Below are positions 47,196-56,783 of a stretch of DNA of 64,000 nucleotides, in pieces (position 1 is the stretch's first letter; each line of letters starts with the position of its first letter). The position numbers and the translations under genes are program-made. The DNA is from Candidatus Eisenbergiella merdipullorum. Lineage in GTDB: Bacteria > Bacillota > Clostridia > Lachnospirales > Lachnospiraceae. The notes under the pieces were generated by a model that saw only the letters and a list, made by a program, of their open reading frames with translations, did not search any database and had not been told where the DNA came from. The stretch spans positions 532-64,531 of the forward strand of contig DWYY01000172.1 in assembly GCA_019118445.1 (NCBI GenBank), given 5' to 3'.

Positions 47196-47330
47196 CTACC
47201 ATTCTTCCTGTATCTCAAACATTTTCGCATATTCTCCTTTTTCTGACAATAGCTGCTGATACGTTCCCTTCTCTGCTTTCGGATTTTATCACCACAATCC
47301 GGTCCGCGAACTGAACAGATGAGACCGATT
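47196..47330 (-). pseudogene. 3' remnant of a fused-type ABC exporter ATPase domain
   Basis: Two frames read SVQFADRIVVIK / AEKGTYQQLLSEKGEYAKMFEIQEEW*. Confidence 0.65.
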
Positions 47331-47452
47331 AGTTCATAACTATTTTCATTTTCCAGAAAACTATAGGGAAACAGGGACTGCATAATCTACGATAAATGCT
47401 GTCAACAGGCAAACAAAGCCTAAATCAAAGCCAGCATCCCCTCTCTTGTCAA

Positions 47453-47504
47453 AATGAACCGGACTGAGATTGGAAAATATGATCCAATCTCAGTCCGGTT
47501 CATT
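47453..47504. terminator. 22-bp perfect inverted repeat, probable terminator of the chromate-transporter operon
   Basis: AATGAACCGGACTGAGATTGGA-8 nt-TCCAATCTCAGTCCGGTTCATT. Confidence 0.65.
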
Positions 47505-47557
47505 ATCTTACTGCTTCTGAATCTCAGCAGTTCCTTTCTTATTTTTTCAATCCATCC

Positions 47558-48118
47558 TTACACGATCAGCGAAACCGCCAGCTTCATGACCCCGGCCAGG
47601 AGCATGACAACGATGGGGTTCATTTTGGCCTTTTTAAGCAGTACAAAGCAAATGACGAATATCCCCACCATCCACCAGTTGGTCGCCGCGAAGCGGATGA
47701 CGGCTTCGTTCCCCCAGAATGCGGTGATCAGAATGGAGATCCCCGCGGAGGCGATCATGGCGACCACCGCCGGCCGTAGGGAATTCAGGACCCTCTGCAG
47801 GACATCCATGTTCCTGTATTTTAAATAAAGCTTTGCGATCAGTGTGACGATGATGCAGGAAGGAAGGATACATCCCATTGTCGCCACCAGTGCGCCCGGA
47901 ATCCCCGCGATCTTGATGCCCACAAAGGTGGCAGAATTGACGGCGATGGGGCCGGGCGTCATCTGAGAGATCGTGATCAGGTCAGTAAACTCGCTCATGC
48001 TGAGCCATCCATGCTGATCCACGATCTGCTCCTGGATCAGCGGCATGGCCGCGTAACCCCCGCCAAAGCTGAACAGTCCGATCTGAAGAAAGCTCAAAAA
48101 CAACTGCAGATAGATCAT
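47558..48118 (-). CDS. Short-chain chromate (CHR) transporter, C-half type
   Basis: IGLFSFGGG, SQMTPGP, LRPAVV. Confidence 0.9.
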   Translation of the reverse strand: MIYLQLFLSFLQIGLFSFGGGYAAMPLIQEQIVDQHGWLSMSEFTDLITISQMTPGPIAVNSATFVGIKIAGIPGALVATMGCILPSCIIVTLIAKLYLKYRNMDVLQRVLNSLRPAVVAMIASAGISILITAFWGNEAVIRFAATNWWMVGIFVICFVLLKKAKMNPIVVMLLAGVMKLAVSLIV

Positions 48119-48699
48119 TTCATTTCCTCCCTCTCAACGTGGCCGGTCTTCTTTTCAACCAAAGTCCTGACAATGCCGAACAGGATGCAGACGAGGACCA
48201 CATAGACCACATTTACGCCAAAAAAGCAGGTCGCCACAAAGGCAGCGAGCATGATCCCGATGGAGATCGGGCTCCTCCCGTGGATGATGCCTGCGGCCAT
48301 TTCATAGACCACCGCCGCTATGACCGCTCCCACTCCGGCCTGCATTCCCTCCAACAGTTGGCTGATGACGAAATTTTCGCGGAACGCATTATAAAAAACG
48401 GAGATCACGGAAATGATGAGAAACGGAGGAATGATCGTGGCGATGATCGCGGTAACCGCTCCTACCATCCCCGCCAGCTTATATCCCACCACGATGGCTC
48501 CGTTTACCGCTATGGCGCCGGGCGCCGACTGGGCGATCGCGATCAGGTCCAGCATTTCATTCTCTTCGATCCAGTGATATTCATCCACGAACTTCTTTTT
48601 CATCAGCGTTACGATCACATATCCTCCGCCAAAGGTGAAGGCGCTGAGATACAGGGTCGAGATAAACAGTTTCCGCAAAACCTCTTTTTTGCTCTTCAT
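48115..48699 (-). CDS. Short-chain chromate (CHR) transporter, N-half type
   Basis: AFTFGGG, AQSAPGA; ATGA overlap with its partner. Confidence 0.9.
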   Translation of the reverse strand: MKSKKEVLRKLFISTLYLSAFTFGGGYVIVTLMKKKFVDEYHWIEENEMLDLIAIAQSAPGAIAVNGAIVVGYKLAGMVGAVTAIIATIIPPFLIISVISVFYNAFRENFVISQLLEGMQAGVGAVIAAVVYEMAAGIIHGRSPISIGIMLAAFVATCFFGVNVVYVVLVCILFGIVRTLVEKKTGHVEREEMK

Positions 48700-48944
48700 G
48701 ACGCTGTCTCCTTCTTACCGGCATTTCTCTCCTGCCGGAATATCTTGCCGGCATATGCCTGGTATATCACTTCTGTCAGCATATCTTTTCTTGACTCATA
48801 TGTAAAATAGTATTATTCTATAAAAAATATAATGTTTTTGTTATATAAAACTCAAAGAAAATCCGTCCTGAAGGCAGAAGAAAACTGCATCCGCAGCCCT
48901 TTACGCCCTCGCTGACGCTCAGGAAGGAAAGGAAGGGGAGCGGC

Positions 48945-49850
48945 ATGACTCTCAGGCACATCAAGATCTATGAAGCGGTATACAGACACAGCAGCATCAC
49001 CAGGGCGGCCGACGAACTGCACCTTGCGCAGCCATCCGTCAGCCTCGCCGTAAGAGAGCTGGAAGAATATTATGGGATCCGCCTCTTTGAAAGGATCGGC
49101 AGGCGGATTTATCCCACGGAGGCGGGAAAAGAATTTTACGGGTATGCCAGACATATCGTTTCCCTGTTTGAAGATATGGAAACGAAGGTCAGGAACTGGG
49201 ACACGCTGGGAAAGATCCGCATCGGCACGAGCATTACCATTGGCACCCACATCCTTCCCGTCCTGATCCGGGAATTCCAGAAAGAATTTCCGGGGCTGAA
49301 GGTGGAGGCCGTCGTCAGCAAATCCAGCGATATTGAACAGCATATCCTGGACAACACCATCGATCTGGGGCTGATCGAATCAACCCCCGGAAAAGAAGAA
49401 ATCCAGGTGACTGCCTTCATGCAGGATTCTCTCTGCGCCATCGCGCCCTGCGGCCATCCGCTGACGGCAGAGCCCTTCGTAACGCTTTCCAGGCTGGCGG
49501 ACTATCCGCTCCTGATGCGGGAAAAGGGGAGTGCCGGAAGGGAACTGCTGGAGGCCAGCTTTTCCCTTCTGCAGATATCGGTGCACCCGATCTGGGAAAG
49601 CGCGAGCACGCAGGCGATCGTGAGGGGCGTGGCGGAAGGGCTGGGCGTTGCCGTCCTGCCCCGGATGCTGGTGGAAAAAGATATCCGGGAAGGAAATGTG
49701 AAACAGCTCTCCCTCACTCCTCCGATCCGCAGGGATCTGAACATCATCTGGCACAAGAGCAAATATCTGACCCCGAATATGCTGGCCTTTATCCGCCTAT
49801 GCCGGGAATACGGACAGAAAGCCGGAGCCCCAGGCAGGAGCTCCGGCTGA
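48945..49850 (+). CDS. LysR family regulator (CysL-like), divergent from the CHR pair
   Basis: SITRAADELHLAQPSVS HTH, REKGSAGR. Confidence 0.92.
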   Translation: MTLRHIKIYEAVYRHSSITRAADELHLAQPSVSLAVRELEEYYGIRLFERIGRRIYPTEAGKEFYGYARHIVSLFEDMETKVRNWDTLGKIRIGTSITIGTHILPVLIREFQKEFPGLKVEAVVSKSSDIEQHILDNTIDLGLIESTPGKEEIQVTAFMQDSLCAIAPCGHPLTAEPFVTLSRLADYPLLMREKGSAGRELLEASFSLLQISVHPIWESASTQAIVRGVAEGLGVAVLPRMLVEKDIREGNVKQLSLTPPIRRDLNIIWHKSKYLTPNMLAFIRLCREYGQKAGAPGRSSG

Positions 49851-49887
49851 AAAAACTTTCGGACCTTTCATTTTTCTTGATCTCAGA

Positions 49888-52122
49888 TCATTCCAGGGTG
49901 AACTCCGCTTCAGGAACGCCGCTGCTGTCGGGAAAAATACCCACGCGGAACAGTCCCGGCTCTGCACGGTACCGCATGTCTTTTCCGTAGAAACGGAGCA
50001 TTTCTTCCGTGATGGTAAATTCCGCCTGCTTCGTCTCTCCTGCCTTCAGTTCCAGCTTCACCACGCCCTTCAGTTCCTTAACGGGACGTACCACGCTTCC
50101 CGTCACATCCTGGATATAGAGCTGCACCGTCTCCACGCCATCCCGGTATCCCGTGTTCGTCACATCTGCCCGCGCGGTGATGCTCCCTCCTCTTTTCAGC
50201 GTGCTTCCGTCAAGCTGCACCGGGCCGTATTCGGCGCTGTGATAGGACAGTCCGTAGCCGTAAGGATACAGCGGCGTATTGGGGCAGTCCGTATAGCGGG
50301 AAAAGAAACGGTTCGGCGTCTTTCCATCGTAAGGGCGGCCTGTGGAAAAAGCGTTATAATACAGAGGAAGCTGTCCCACGCTTCTCGGGAAACTCATGGA
50401 CAGATGTCCCTGCGGTTCACTCTTTCCGAACAGCATATCCCGGATGGCAGCTCCGCCCTCCGTTCCCGGATACCAGACCAGAAGGACGGCATCCGCCAGC
50501 TCCTTCACCTCATCCAGTACAAGCGGCCTTCCGGCAAACAGGACAACCGCCACTTCAGAGGCGCGTTTTCTCACCTCGGAAAGCAGCTTTCTCTGATCAC
50601 CCGGAATCGTGAGCCGTGTCCGGCTTCCGCCTTCTCCGCCCTGGATCGTATCCTCTCCAAGAGCAAGGATCACGACATCCGCTTCTTCGGAAAGCGTCAT
50701 CGCCCGATCCCATTCCTCCGCTCTTTTTTTCTCATCCCAGCAGGTCCTCTCTCCCCGTTCAATGAGGGAAGGCAGGTCCGCATAATCTTCAGGAAGCAGT
50801 GTCTCGCAGCCTTCTGTCCAGGAAAAATCCAGTCCCGGCATTTCTTCAAATGCCTCTCTGATGGTGACCACCGCTTTCTGATCTCCATGGATTGCCCACA
50901 TGCCAAGGGCGTCTTTTCTGTCCGCATACGGCCCGATCAGGGCGATCTTTTTTCTGTTTTCTCCTTCTTTTACCGTCAGAGGCAGAAGCCCCTCCTTATT
51001 TTCCAGAAGGACGGAAGATTTCACCGCCGCCTCCCTCGCCAGCGCGCGAAACTCATCCTTTAAGAAAAGCTCCCGTTCCAGCGCTTCGTCCGCGCCACGG
51101 AAAGGATCTTCAAACAGGCCCAGCCTGTTTTTCAGGCGCAGCACTCTCCATACAGCCTCATCCAGCTGTTCCTCTGAGATCATCCCTTCCCGGATCAACT
51201 GCTCTAGGCTGTTGGCATAGCAGCCCGTACACATATCGATATCCACGCCCGCTTCCATAGCAAGCCGTGCCGCTTCCTTCTGATCCTTTGCCACACCGTG
51301 CGCGATCAGCTCCGCGATGGCCGCGTAGTCCGTGATGACCACGCCGTCAAACCCCCACTCATTTCGGAGCACATCCTGCATCAGCCAGCGGTTTCCCGTA
51401 GAAGGGATGCCGTCTACCGTGTTGAAGGAGGTCATGACCATCTCACAGCCCGCTTCCACGCCTGCTTTATAGGAAGGCAGATAATCCTGTCTGAGCCTGC
51501 GCTCCGACATATCCACAGTGTTGTAGTCCCTGCCGCCTTCGGCCGCGCCGTATGCCGCAAAATGCTTGACGCAGGAAGCGATCCCTTTTCCCTTTCCTTC
51601 TTCGGAAAGCCCTTTCTGAAATCCCTCCACCATGGCCTTCACATATTCCGCGTTCATGTGAGGCTCCTCTCCGGTGGATTCCAGGCAGCGTCCCCAGCGC
51701 GCATCCCGCACCAGGTCTCCCATGGGAGAAAAGGTGACATGTGCTCCTGCTGCCGCGCTTTCCTTTGCCGTGGCTTCGCACAGCCGCCTTAACAGCCCCG
51801 GCTCAAAGGAGCAGCCCAGCGCCAGCGGGATGGGATACACGGTGCGGAAGCCATAGATAATGTCCGCCATGAAAAGGAGCGGGATCTTCGTCCTGCTTCT
51901 TTTCAGATATTCTTCCTGCACTCTCCTGACCTGCGCCGCTCCCACCACGTTCAGCGTGGAACCGACATTCCTGAGAAGCTCCTCTCCGATCCCCAGTTCA
52001 TCCCTGACCCCCAGCTCCTGTCCTTCTGCGTTCAGCATGTTTCCCGGCACCTGGATGAGCTGGCCGATCTTTTCCGTCACGGAAAGCGCCTCCAGCAGTT
52101 CCCTCAGTTTTTCCTCCTTCAT
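49888..52122 (-). CDS. GH3 beta-glucosidase (BglX-like), no signal peptide seen
   Basis: RDARWGR..E..GE, KHFAAYG, ITDY nucleophile, C-terminal FN3-like ETVQLY/RPVKELKG. Confidence 0.92.
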   Translation of the reverse strand: MKEEKLRELLEALSVTEKIGQLIQVPGNMLNAEGQELGVRDELGIGEELLRNVGSTLNVVGAAQVRRVQEEYLKRSRTKIPLLFMADIIYGFRTVYPIPLALGCSFEPGLLRRLCEATAKESAAAGAHVTFSPMGDLVRDARWGRCLESTGEEPHMNAEYVKAMVEGFQKGLSEEGKGKGIASCVKHFAAYGAAEGGRDYNTVDMSERRLRQDYLPSYKAGVEAGCEMVMTSFNTVDGIPSTGNRWLMQDVLRNEWGFDGVVITDYAAIAELIAHGVAKDQKEAARLAMEAGVDIDMCTGCYANSLEQLIREGMISEEQLDEAVWRVLRLKNRLGLFEDPFRGADEALERELFLKDEFRALAREAAVKSSVLLENKEGLLPLTVKEGENRKKIALIGPYADRKDALGMWAIHGDQKAVVTIREAFEEMPGLDFSWTEGCETLLPEDYADLPSLIERGERTCWDEKKRAEEWDRAMTLSEEADVVILALGEDTIQGGEGGSRTRLTIPGDQRKLLSEVRKRASEVAVVLFAGRPLVLDEVKELADAVLLVWYPGTEGGAAIRDMLFGKSEPQGHLSMSFPRSVGQLPLYYNAFSTGRPYDGKTPNRFFSRYTDCPNTPLYPYGYGLSYHSAEYGPVQLDGSTLKRGGSITARADVTNTGYRDGVETVQLYIQDVTGSVVRPVKELKGVVKLELKAGETKQAEFTITEEMLRFYGKDMRYRAEPGLFRVGIFPDSSGVPEAEFTLE

Positions 52123-52143
52123 GCTTACCCCCTTTTCTCCGGC

Positions 52144-53169
52144 TTACAGATCCGGCTTCTGCCATTTGATATCGTCTGTGATCTCGATCTTCTTATCCCG
52201 CAGCATCAGGTCTTTCATGGCCTGGACGGCAGGCTTTCCATGAAACAGCACCTCATTGACCTGCTCGATGATGGGCAGCGGCACGTCATATTTCGCTGCC
52301 AGCCCCATGGCAGCCTTGGCGGAATAAACCCCTTCCACCACCATCTTCACTTCCTTCATGGCCTCGTCCATGCTGTATCCCTTTCCAATCAGGATGCCTG
52401 CCCTCCTGTTGCGGGAATGCATGCTGGCGCAGGTCACGATCAGGTCGCCGATGCCGGAAAGGCCGTAAAAGCTCTCGAAATGACCGCCCATCTTCATTCC
52501 AAGCCTAGAGATTTCCTTGATGCCGCGGGTGATCAGAGCCGCCTTTGTGTTGTCCCCGCAGCCAAGGCCGTCCGCGATGCCTGCTGCCAGCGCGACCACG
52601 TTTTTCAGCGCCGCCCCGAGCTCGATGCCCAGCACATCCGGGCTTGCATATACGCGGAACACTTCGCTCATGAAAATATTCTGGATATATTCCGCCGTTT
52701 TTTTCCGGTAAGCTCCCGCCACGATCGCGGTGGGCAGTCCCTTCCCCACTTCTTCCGCATGGGAAGGGCCGGAAAGGACCGCGACTTCCGCTTGGGGAAT
52801 CTCCTCTTCTATGATCTGGGAAAGGGTGAGAAGGGTATTTTCTTCAATTCCTTTCGCCACGTTTACGATGATCTGTCCCTCGCGTACTAGCTCCTTCATC
52901 TGTCTTGCCGTACTGCGCGTAAAGGGAGAGGGGACCGCAAGTACCAGAAGGTCCATCCCTTCCACCGCTTCTGCAAGCTGCGTGGTAAATCCCGTTTCCG
53001 GAGACAGGACCACGCCCGGCAGCTTTTCCTTCTGCTCGTGATCCTTTTTCAGCATTTCGATTTCCGGCTCCAGCGCGGACCACATCGTCACCTGATGTCC
53101 GTTATTTGTAAGGAGCCAGGTCAGAGCCGTTCCCCAGCTTCCCGCCCCTATCATTCCGATCTTTGCCAT
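52144..53169 (-). CDS. gpsA: NAD(P)H-dependent glycerol-3-phosphate dehydrogenase
   Basis: GAGSWGTAL, LSGPSHAEEV, ALKNV, GDLIVTC..HSRN. Confidence 0.96.
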   Translation of the reverse strand: MAKIGMIGAGSWGTALTWLLTNNGHQVTMWSALEPEIEMLKKDHEQKEKLPGVVLSPETGFTTQLAEAVEGMDLLVLAVPSPFTRSTARQMKELVREGQIIVNVAKGIEENTLLTLSQIIEEEIPQAEVAVLSGPSHAEEVGKGLPTAIVAGAYRKKTAEYIQNIFMSEVFRVYASPDVLGIELGAALKNVVALAAGIADGLGCGDNTKAALITRGIKEISRLGMKMGGHFESFYGLSGIGDLIVTCASMHSRNRRAGILIGKGYSMDEAMKEVKMVVEGVYSAKAAMGLAAKYDVPLPIIEQVNEVLFHGKPAVQAMKDLMLRDKKIEITDDIKWQKPDL

Positions 53170-53224
53170 TTTTCCTCCATTCCGGAGCACCGTCTGCCCC
53201 TCTATGCTGTCTGCCTCTGTCTGC

Positions 53225-53881
53225 TCATCTGATCTCTTCCTTGTTTTTCTTAAACAGATAGGTCTTTCGTTCTTCTCCGTGAAGCAGGCGTTTGATGTTT
53301 TCCCTGTGCTTCCAGTAAGCCATGACAGTCAGGAACGCGCCCACCAGATACATCTCGTTCAGCACGTCCTGGCTCGTGTGGAAGATCCCCATCTGCCCCA
53401 GCACCACCAGCTCGATCATGAAGCCCGCATAGACCAGCAGAGATCCGAGGGACACGTAATGGGTGAGCGCGAAAGTGACAAAAAACAGCAGCGCGCCCAC
53501 CGGGATGAAATAGGGATGAAAGGAAAGGATCAGGCCGGCCGTTGCCGCGATCCCCTTTCCGCCCCGGAAATGCAGATAGAACGGGAAATTGTGTCCCAGG
53601 ATCACTCCCATCGCTGCGTAAAGCATATACAGATATTTCATGTCCGGATGGGACGTCCCAAACAGAAACCTCACGATCGTCACAGCAACGACGCATTTGA
53701 GCACATCCCCGAAAAAGACGATCAGACCGGCCTTCGTGCCCAGGACGCGCAGGGCGTTTGTGGTTCCCGCGTTATGGCTTCCATAATCCCGGATGTCGAT
53801 CCCGTTCATCTTTCCATAGATGAACGCGGTCTGGAACAGGCCGCACACATAGCCGATCAAAAGACAGACAATACGAATCAT
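53225..53881 (-). CDS. plsY: Glycerol-3-phosphate acyltransferase PlsY
   Basis: GSHNAGTTNALR, GHNFP..FRGGKGIA, HRENIKRL. Confidence 0.95.
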   Translation of the reverse strand: MIRIVCLLIGYVCGLFQTAFIYGKMNGIDIRDYGSHNAGTTNALRVLGTKAGLIVFFGDVLKCVVAVTIVRFLFGTSHPDMKYLYMLYAAMGVILGHNFPFYLHFRGGKGIAATAGLILSFHPYFIPVGALLFFVTFALTHYVSLGSLLVYAGFMIELVVLGQMGIFHTSQDVLNEMYLVGAFLTVMAYWKHRENIKRLLHGEERKTYLFKKNKEEIR

Positions 53882-53882
53882 T

Positions 53883-55220
53883 TTATACTTCTCCTTTACG
53901 TTCCCTGATGATGAATTTCAGGGGCGTTCCGCGGAATCCGAACGCCTCCCTGATCTTATTTTCAATATATCTGGTATAGGAAAAATGCATCAGCTCTTTA
54001 TCATTGACAAAAATGACAAAGGTGGGGGGCTTGACCGCAACCTGGGTGATGTAATAGAGCCGCAGCCGCTTTCCCTTATCTGACGGGGGCTGCTGCAGGG
54101 CGACAGCTTCCGCCATGATCTCGTTCAGTACGCCGGTCGCCACGCGCATGGCATGATTTTCGATCACCGCGTCGATGGTCTCAAACAGTTTGTTCAGCCT
54201 CTGTCCTGTTTTGGCCGAGATGAAAAGCAGCTCCGCGTAAGGCATAAAGGAAAGAGTATTCCTCACCTTTTCCGTAAAGCGGTAGATGGTCTTGTCATCC
54301 TTCTCGATGGCGTCCCACTTGTTGACGGCGATGATCATTCCTTTTCCCCGTTCGTGGGCTATGCCTGCGATCTTGGCGTCCTGCTCCGTCACGCCCTCCG
54401 TGGCGTCGATCACGAGGACCACCACGTCCGCCCGTTCCACCGCTCCCACGGTGCGCACGATCATATAGCGCTCCAGTTCCTCCTTGATCTTATTCTTCCG
54501 TCGCAGTCCCGCCGTATCGATGAATACATATTCTTTTCCATTATGCACCACTTCCGTGTCGATGGCGTCCCTGGTGGTTCCGGCGATATCGGAAACGATC
54601 ACGCGGTTCTCGCCGATCAGGCGGTTGATGATGGAGGATTTCCCCACATTCGGTTTTCCCACGATCGCCACTCTGGGCCTGTCATCTTCTTCCTCCGCCT
54701 CATTCTTTTCCGGGAAATGGGCGATCACCTCATCCAGCATGTCGCCGAGCCCCATTCGGTTCGCTGCGGAAATGGGATGGGGGTCGCCGATACCCAGGTT
54801 ATAGAACTCGTACACGTCCGGCATATATTTGTCAAAGCTGTCCACCTTGTTTACAACAAGGATGACCGGCTTATGGGAACGGCGAAGCATGTCTGCCACC
54901 TTGGAATCCGCGTCCACCAGCCCCTGCCTGACGTCCACCATGAACAGGATCACATCCGCCGTATCAATGGCGATCTGCGCCTGTTCGCGCATCTGGGAAA
55001 GAATAACGTCTGAGCTGTCCGGTTCGATCCCGCCCGTATCGATCAGGGTGAACATCCGGTCCAGCCACGTGATATCCGCATAGATCCTGTCCCTCGTGAT
55101 CCCTGGCGTATCCTTCACGATGGAGATCCGCTCCCCCGCAAGCGCGTTGAAAAGCGTCGATTTCCCAACGTTCGGCCTTCCCACCACGGCCACGATCGGT
55201 TTTCTGCTTTGTCTGCTCAT
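53883..55220 (-). CDS. der: Ribosome biogenesis GTPase Der (EngA)
   Basis: Two G domains (GRPNVGKS, GKPNVGKS), DTGG/DTAG, NKVD/NKWD. Confidence 0.97.
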   Translation of the reverse strand: MSRQSRKPIVAVVGRPNVGKSTLFNALAGERISIVKDTPGITRDRIYADITWLDRMFTLIDTGGIEPDSSDVILSQMREQAQIAIDTADVILFMVDVRQGLVDADSKVADMLRRSHKPVILVVNKVDSFDKYMPDVYEFYNLGIGDPHPISAANRMGLGDMLDEVIAHFPEKNEAEEEDDRPRVAIVGKPNVGKSSIINRLIGENRVIVSDIAGTTRDAIDTEVVHNGKEYVFIDTAGLRRKNKIKEELERYMIVRTVGAVERADVVVLVIDATEGVTEQDAKIAGIAHERGKGMIIAVNKWDAIEKDDKTIYRFTEKVRNTLSFMPYAELLFISAKTGQRLNKLFETIDAVIENHAMRVATGVLNEIMAEAVALQQPPSDKGKRLRLYYITQVAVKPPTFVIFVNDKELMHFSYTRYIENKIREAFGFRGTPLKFIIRERKGEV

Positions 55221-55285
55221 TTTTTCCTCCATGCAAAAGCGTTTCACACTTTCGCTACCCAGCCGCTGCATTTGCGGCATTTAGT

Positions 55286-56620
55286 CTATCTTATTCTTAC
55301 AAATGCGTCTACAAAATCGTATCCGCTTGATTTTACAATATCTGTCCGGACTTGTAAAGTCCTTGCGATGTCCTCCACCGTGAGATCATCCAACAGCACA
55401 TGCTCTCCGCTCCTTAACAGATTCTCGGGAAGACAGAGGACATCCCCCAGCTCCTTCCCTTCAAGCTGCGCTAGGATATCCTGCCCTGTAAGGAGCCCCG
55501 TCACCGTGATGCTCTCCCCGAAAAAGTCATTCCTGACCGGATAGACCAGAATGCGGATATCAGGGAAACGGTCCATGATCCGGTCCGCCATCCTTTTGAT
55601 ATAAGGATAGGAGATCATGCCTGTCACGGAAGAATAGGTGCCGGAAAGGATCCGCCCTTCCAGCGCCCCGGGTTCCGAAAGCTTCCTCATGGCGTCTTCA
55701 AATTCTTCCATCATAAGACGCAGCATACCAACCCCGTTTTCCAGCTGCAGATACCCGTCATAGACCTCCTCCGGCGGAAGCTCCTCTTCTGCCAGGACAT
55801 ACCATTCATCGCTGGCGTGGACGAAATGAAGGCCATATTCCGGATAAAGTTTTTCCTGCCAACGACGGATCTGCGCGATCACCTTCTCCGCGTCTTCTTT
55901 TGTAAAAGGCTCCAGCGGTTCCAGCCCGTCCCTGTATTTTGAAAGGCCCACAGGAACCACGGATACACTTCTCAAATAAGGCAGATAGCGCGTCAGGTCC
56001 CGGATGGAACGTTCCAGCTCCTGCCCGTCGTTGATCCCTTTGCACAGGACGATCTGGCCGTTCATCTCAATGCCTGCCTCATAAAAACGGTCTACCTTTT
56101 CCAAGGCTTCCCCGGCAAAACGGTTATTCAGCATCCTGCAGCGAAGCTCCGGGTTCGTGGTCTGAAAAGAGATATTGATGGGCGCCATATGATATTTGAT
56201 GATGCGTTCCACATCCCTGTCAGACATGTTCGTGAGCGTCACATAGTTGCCCTGAAGAAAAGAAAGCCTGGAGTCGTCATCCTTGAAATACAGCGTCGGA
56301 CGCATTCCCTTTGGCATCTGGTCAATAAAGCAAAAAATGCATTTATTGGAGCAGGAGCGATAATCGTCCATCAGCCCGTTTTCAAAGATGATGCCCAGAT
56401 CCTCATCGTATCCCTTATCGATTTCCAGAAGCCATTCCTCCCCGGAAGGCTTTTCGATCAGCACTTCCACGTAGTCGTCCTGCGTCAGATACTGATAATC
56501 GAACACATCTTCAACCACTTCTCCGTTGATCTCAAGAAGCCTGTCCCCGGCCTCCATTCCCATTTCCTCTGCAATACTGCCCGGCTCGATGCGGGCGATC
56601 AGATGTCCTTTTTCCTTCAT
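55286..56620 (-). CDS. PDZ + radical-SAM-like DUF512 protein
   Basis: CSNKCIFCFIDQ, QLENGVG, TVTGLLTG; usual position upstream of der. Confidence 0.88.
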   Translation of the reverse strand: MKEKGHLIARIEPGSIAEEMGMEAGDRLLEINGEVVEDVFDYQYLTQDDYVEVLIEKPSGEEWLLEIDKGYDEDLGIIFENGLMDDYRSCSNKCIFCFIDQMPKGMRPTLYFKDDDSRLSFLQGNYVTLTNMSDRDVERIIKYHMAPINISFQTTNPELRCRMLNNRFAGEALEKVDRFYEAGIEMNGQIVLCKGINDGQELERSIRDLTRYLPYLRSVSVVPVGLSKYRDGLEPLEPFTKEDAEKVIAQIRRWQEKLYPEYGLHFVHASDEWYVLAEEELPPEEVYDGYLQLENGVGMLRLMMEEFEDAMRKLSEPGALEGRILSGTYSSVTGMISYPYIKRMADRIMDRFPDIRILVYPVRNDFFGESITVTGLLTGQDILAQLEGKELGDVLCLPENLLRSGEHVLLDDLTVEDIARTLQVRTDIVKSSGYDFVDAFVRIR

Positions 56621-56679
56621 CGGTACTCTCCTGTCCTTTTTCGGCCTGCCGGCCTCCTATCCATTCTACTAGAATTTCC

Positions 56680-56708
56680 TTGACGTGTCACTAGCATAAT
56701 GTTATAAA
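56680..56708 (+). promoter_or_regulatory. SigA promoter of prs
   Basis: TTGACG-17 bp-TATAAA with extended TG. Confidence 0.65.
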
Positions 56709-56783
56709 TTAAGTGTCATGTCACATATTCGGTTCGTCTTACGGCGAACTTTCTTTATTAAAAAATACAGGAGAAAAAATAAT

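Larger units (their letters stand above)
43580..47540. other. AT-richer accessory islet (WYL regulator + ABC-2 exporter + ABC gene remnant)
   Basis: Visible drop in GC content and in GC at third codon positions compared with the flanks; no integrase or att repeats seen; boundaries approximate. Confidence 0.7.

Noticed and set aside
47174-47383. 69-aa ORF
   Set aside because: Off-frame reading of the ABC remnant.
43580-47540. Islet as an intact mobile element or phage-defence locus
   Set aside because: No integrase, transposase, att repeats, nuclease or other defence effector; only composition suggests foreign origin.
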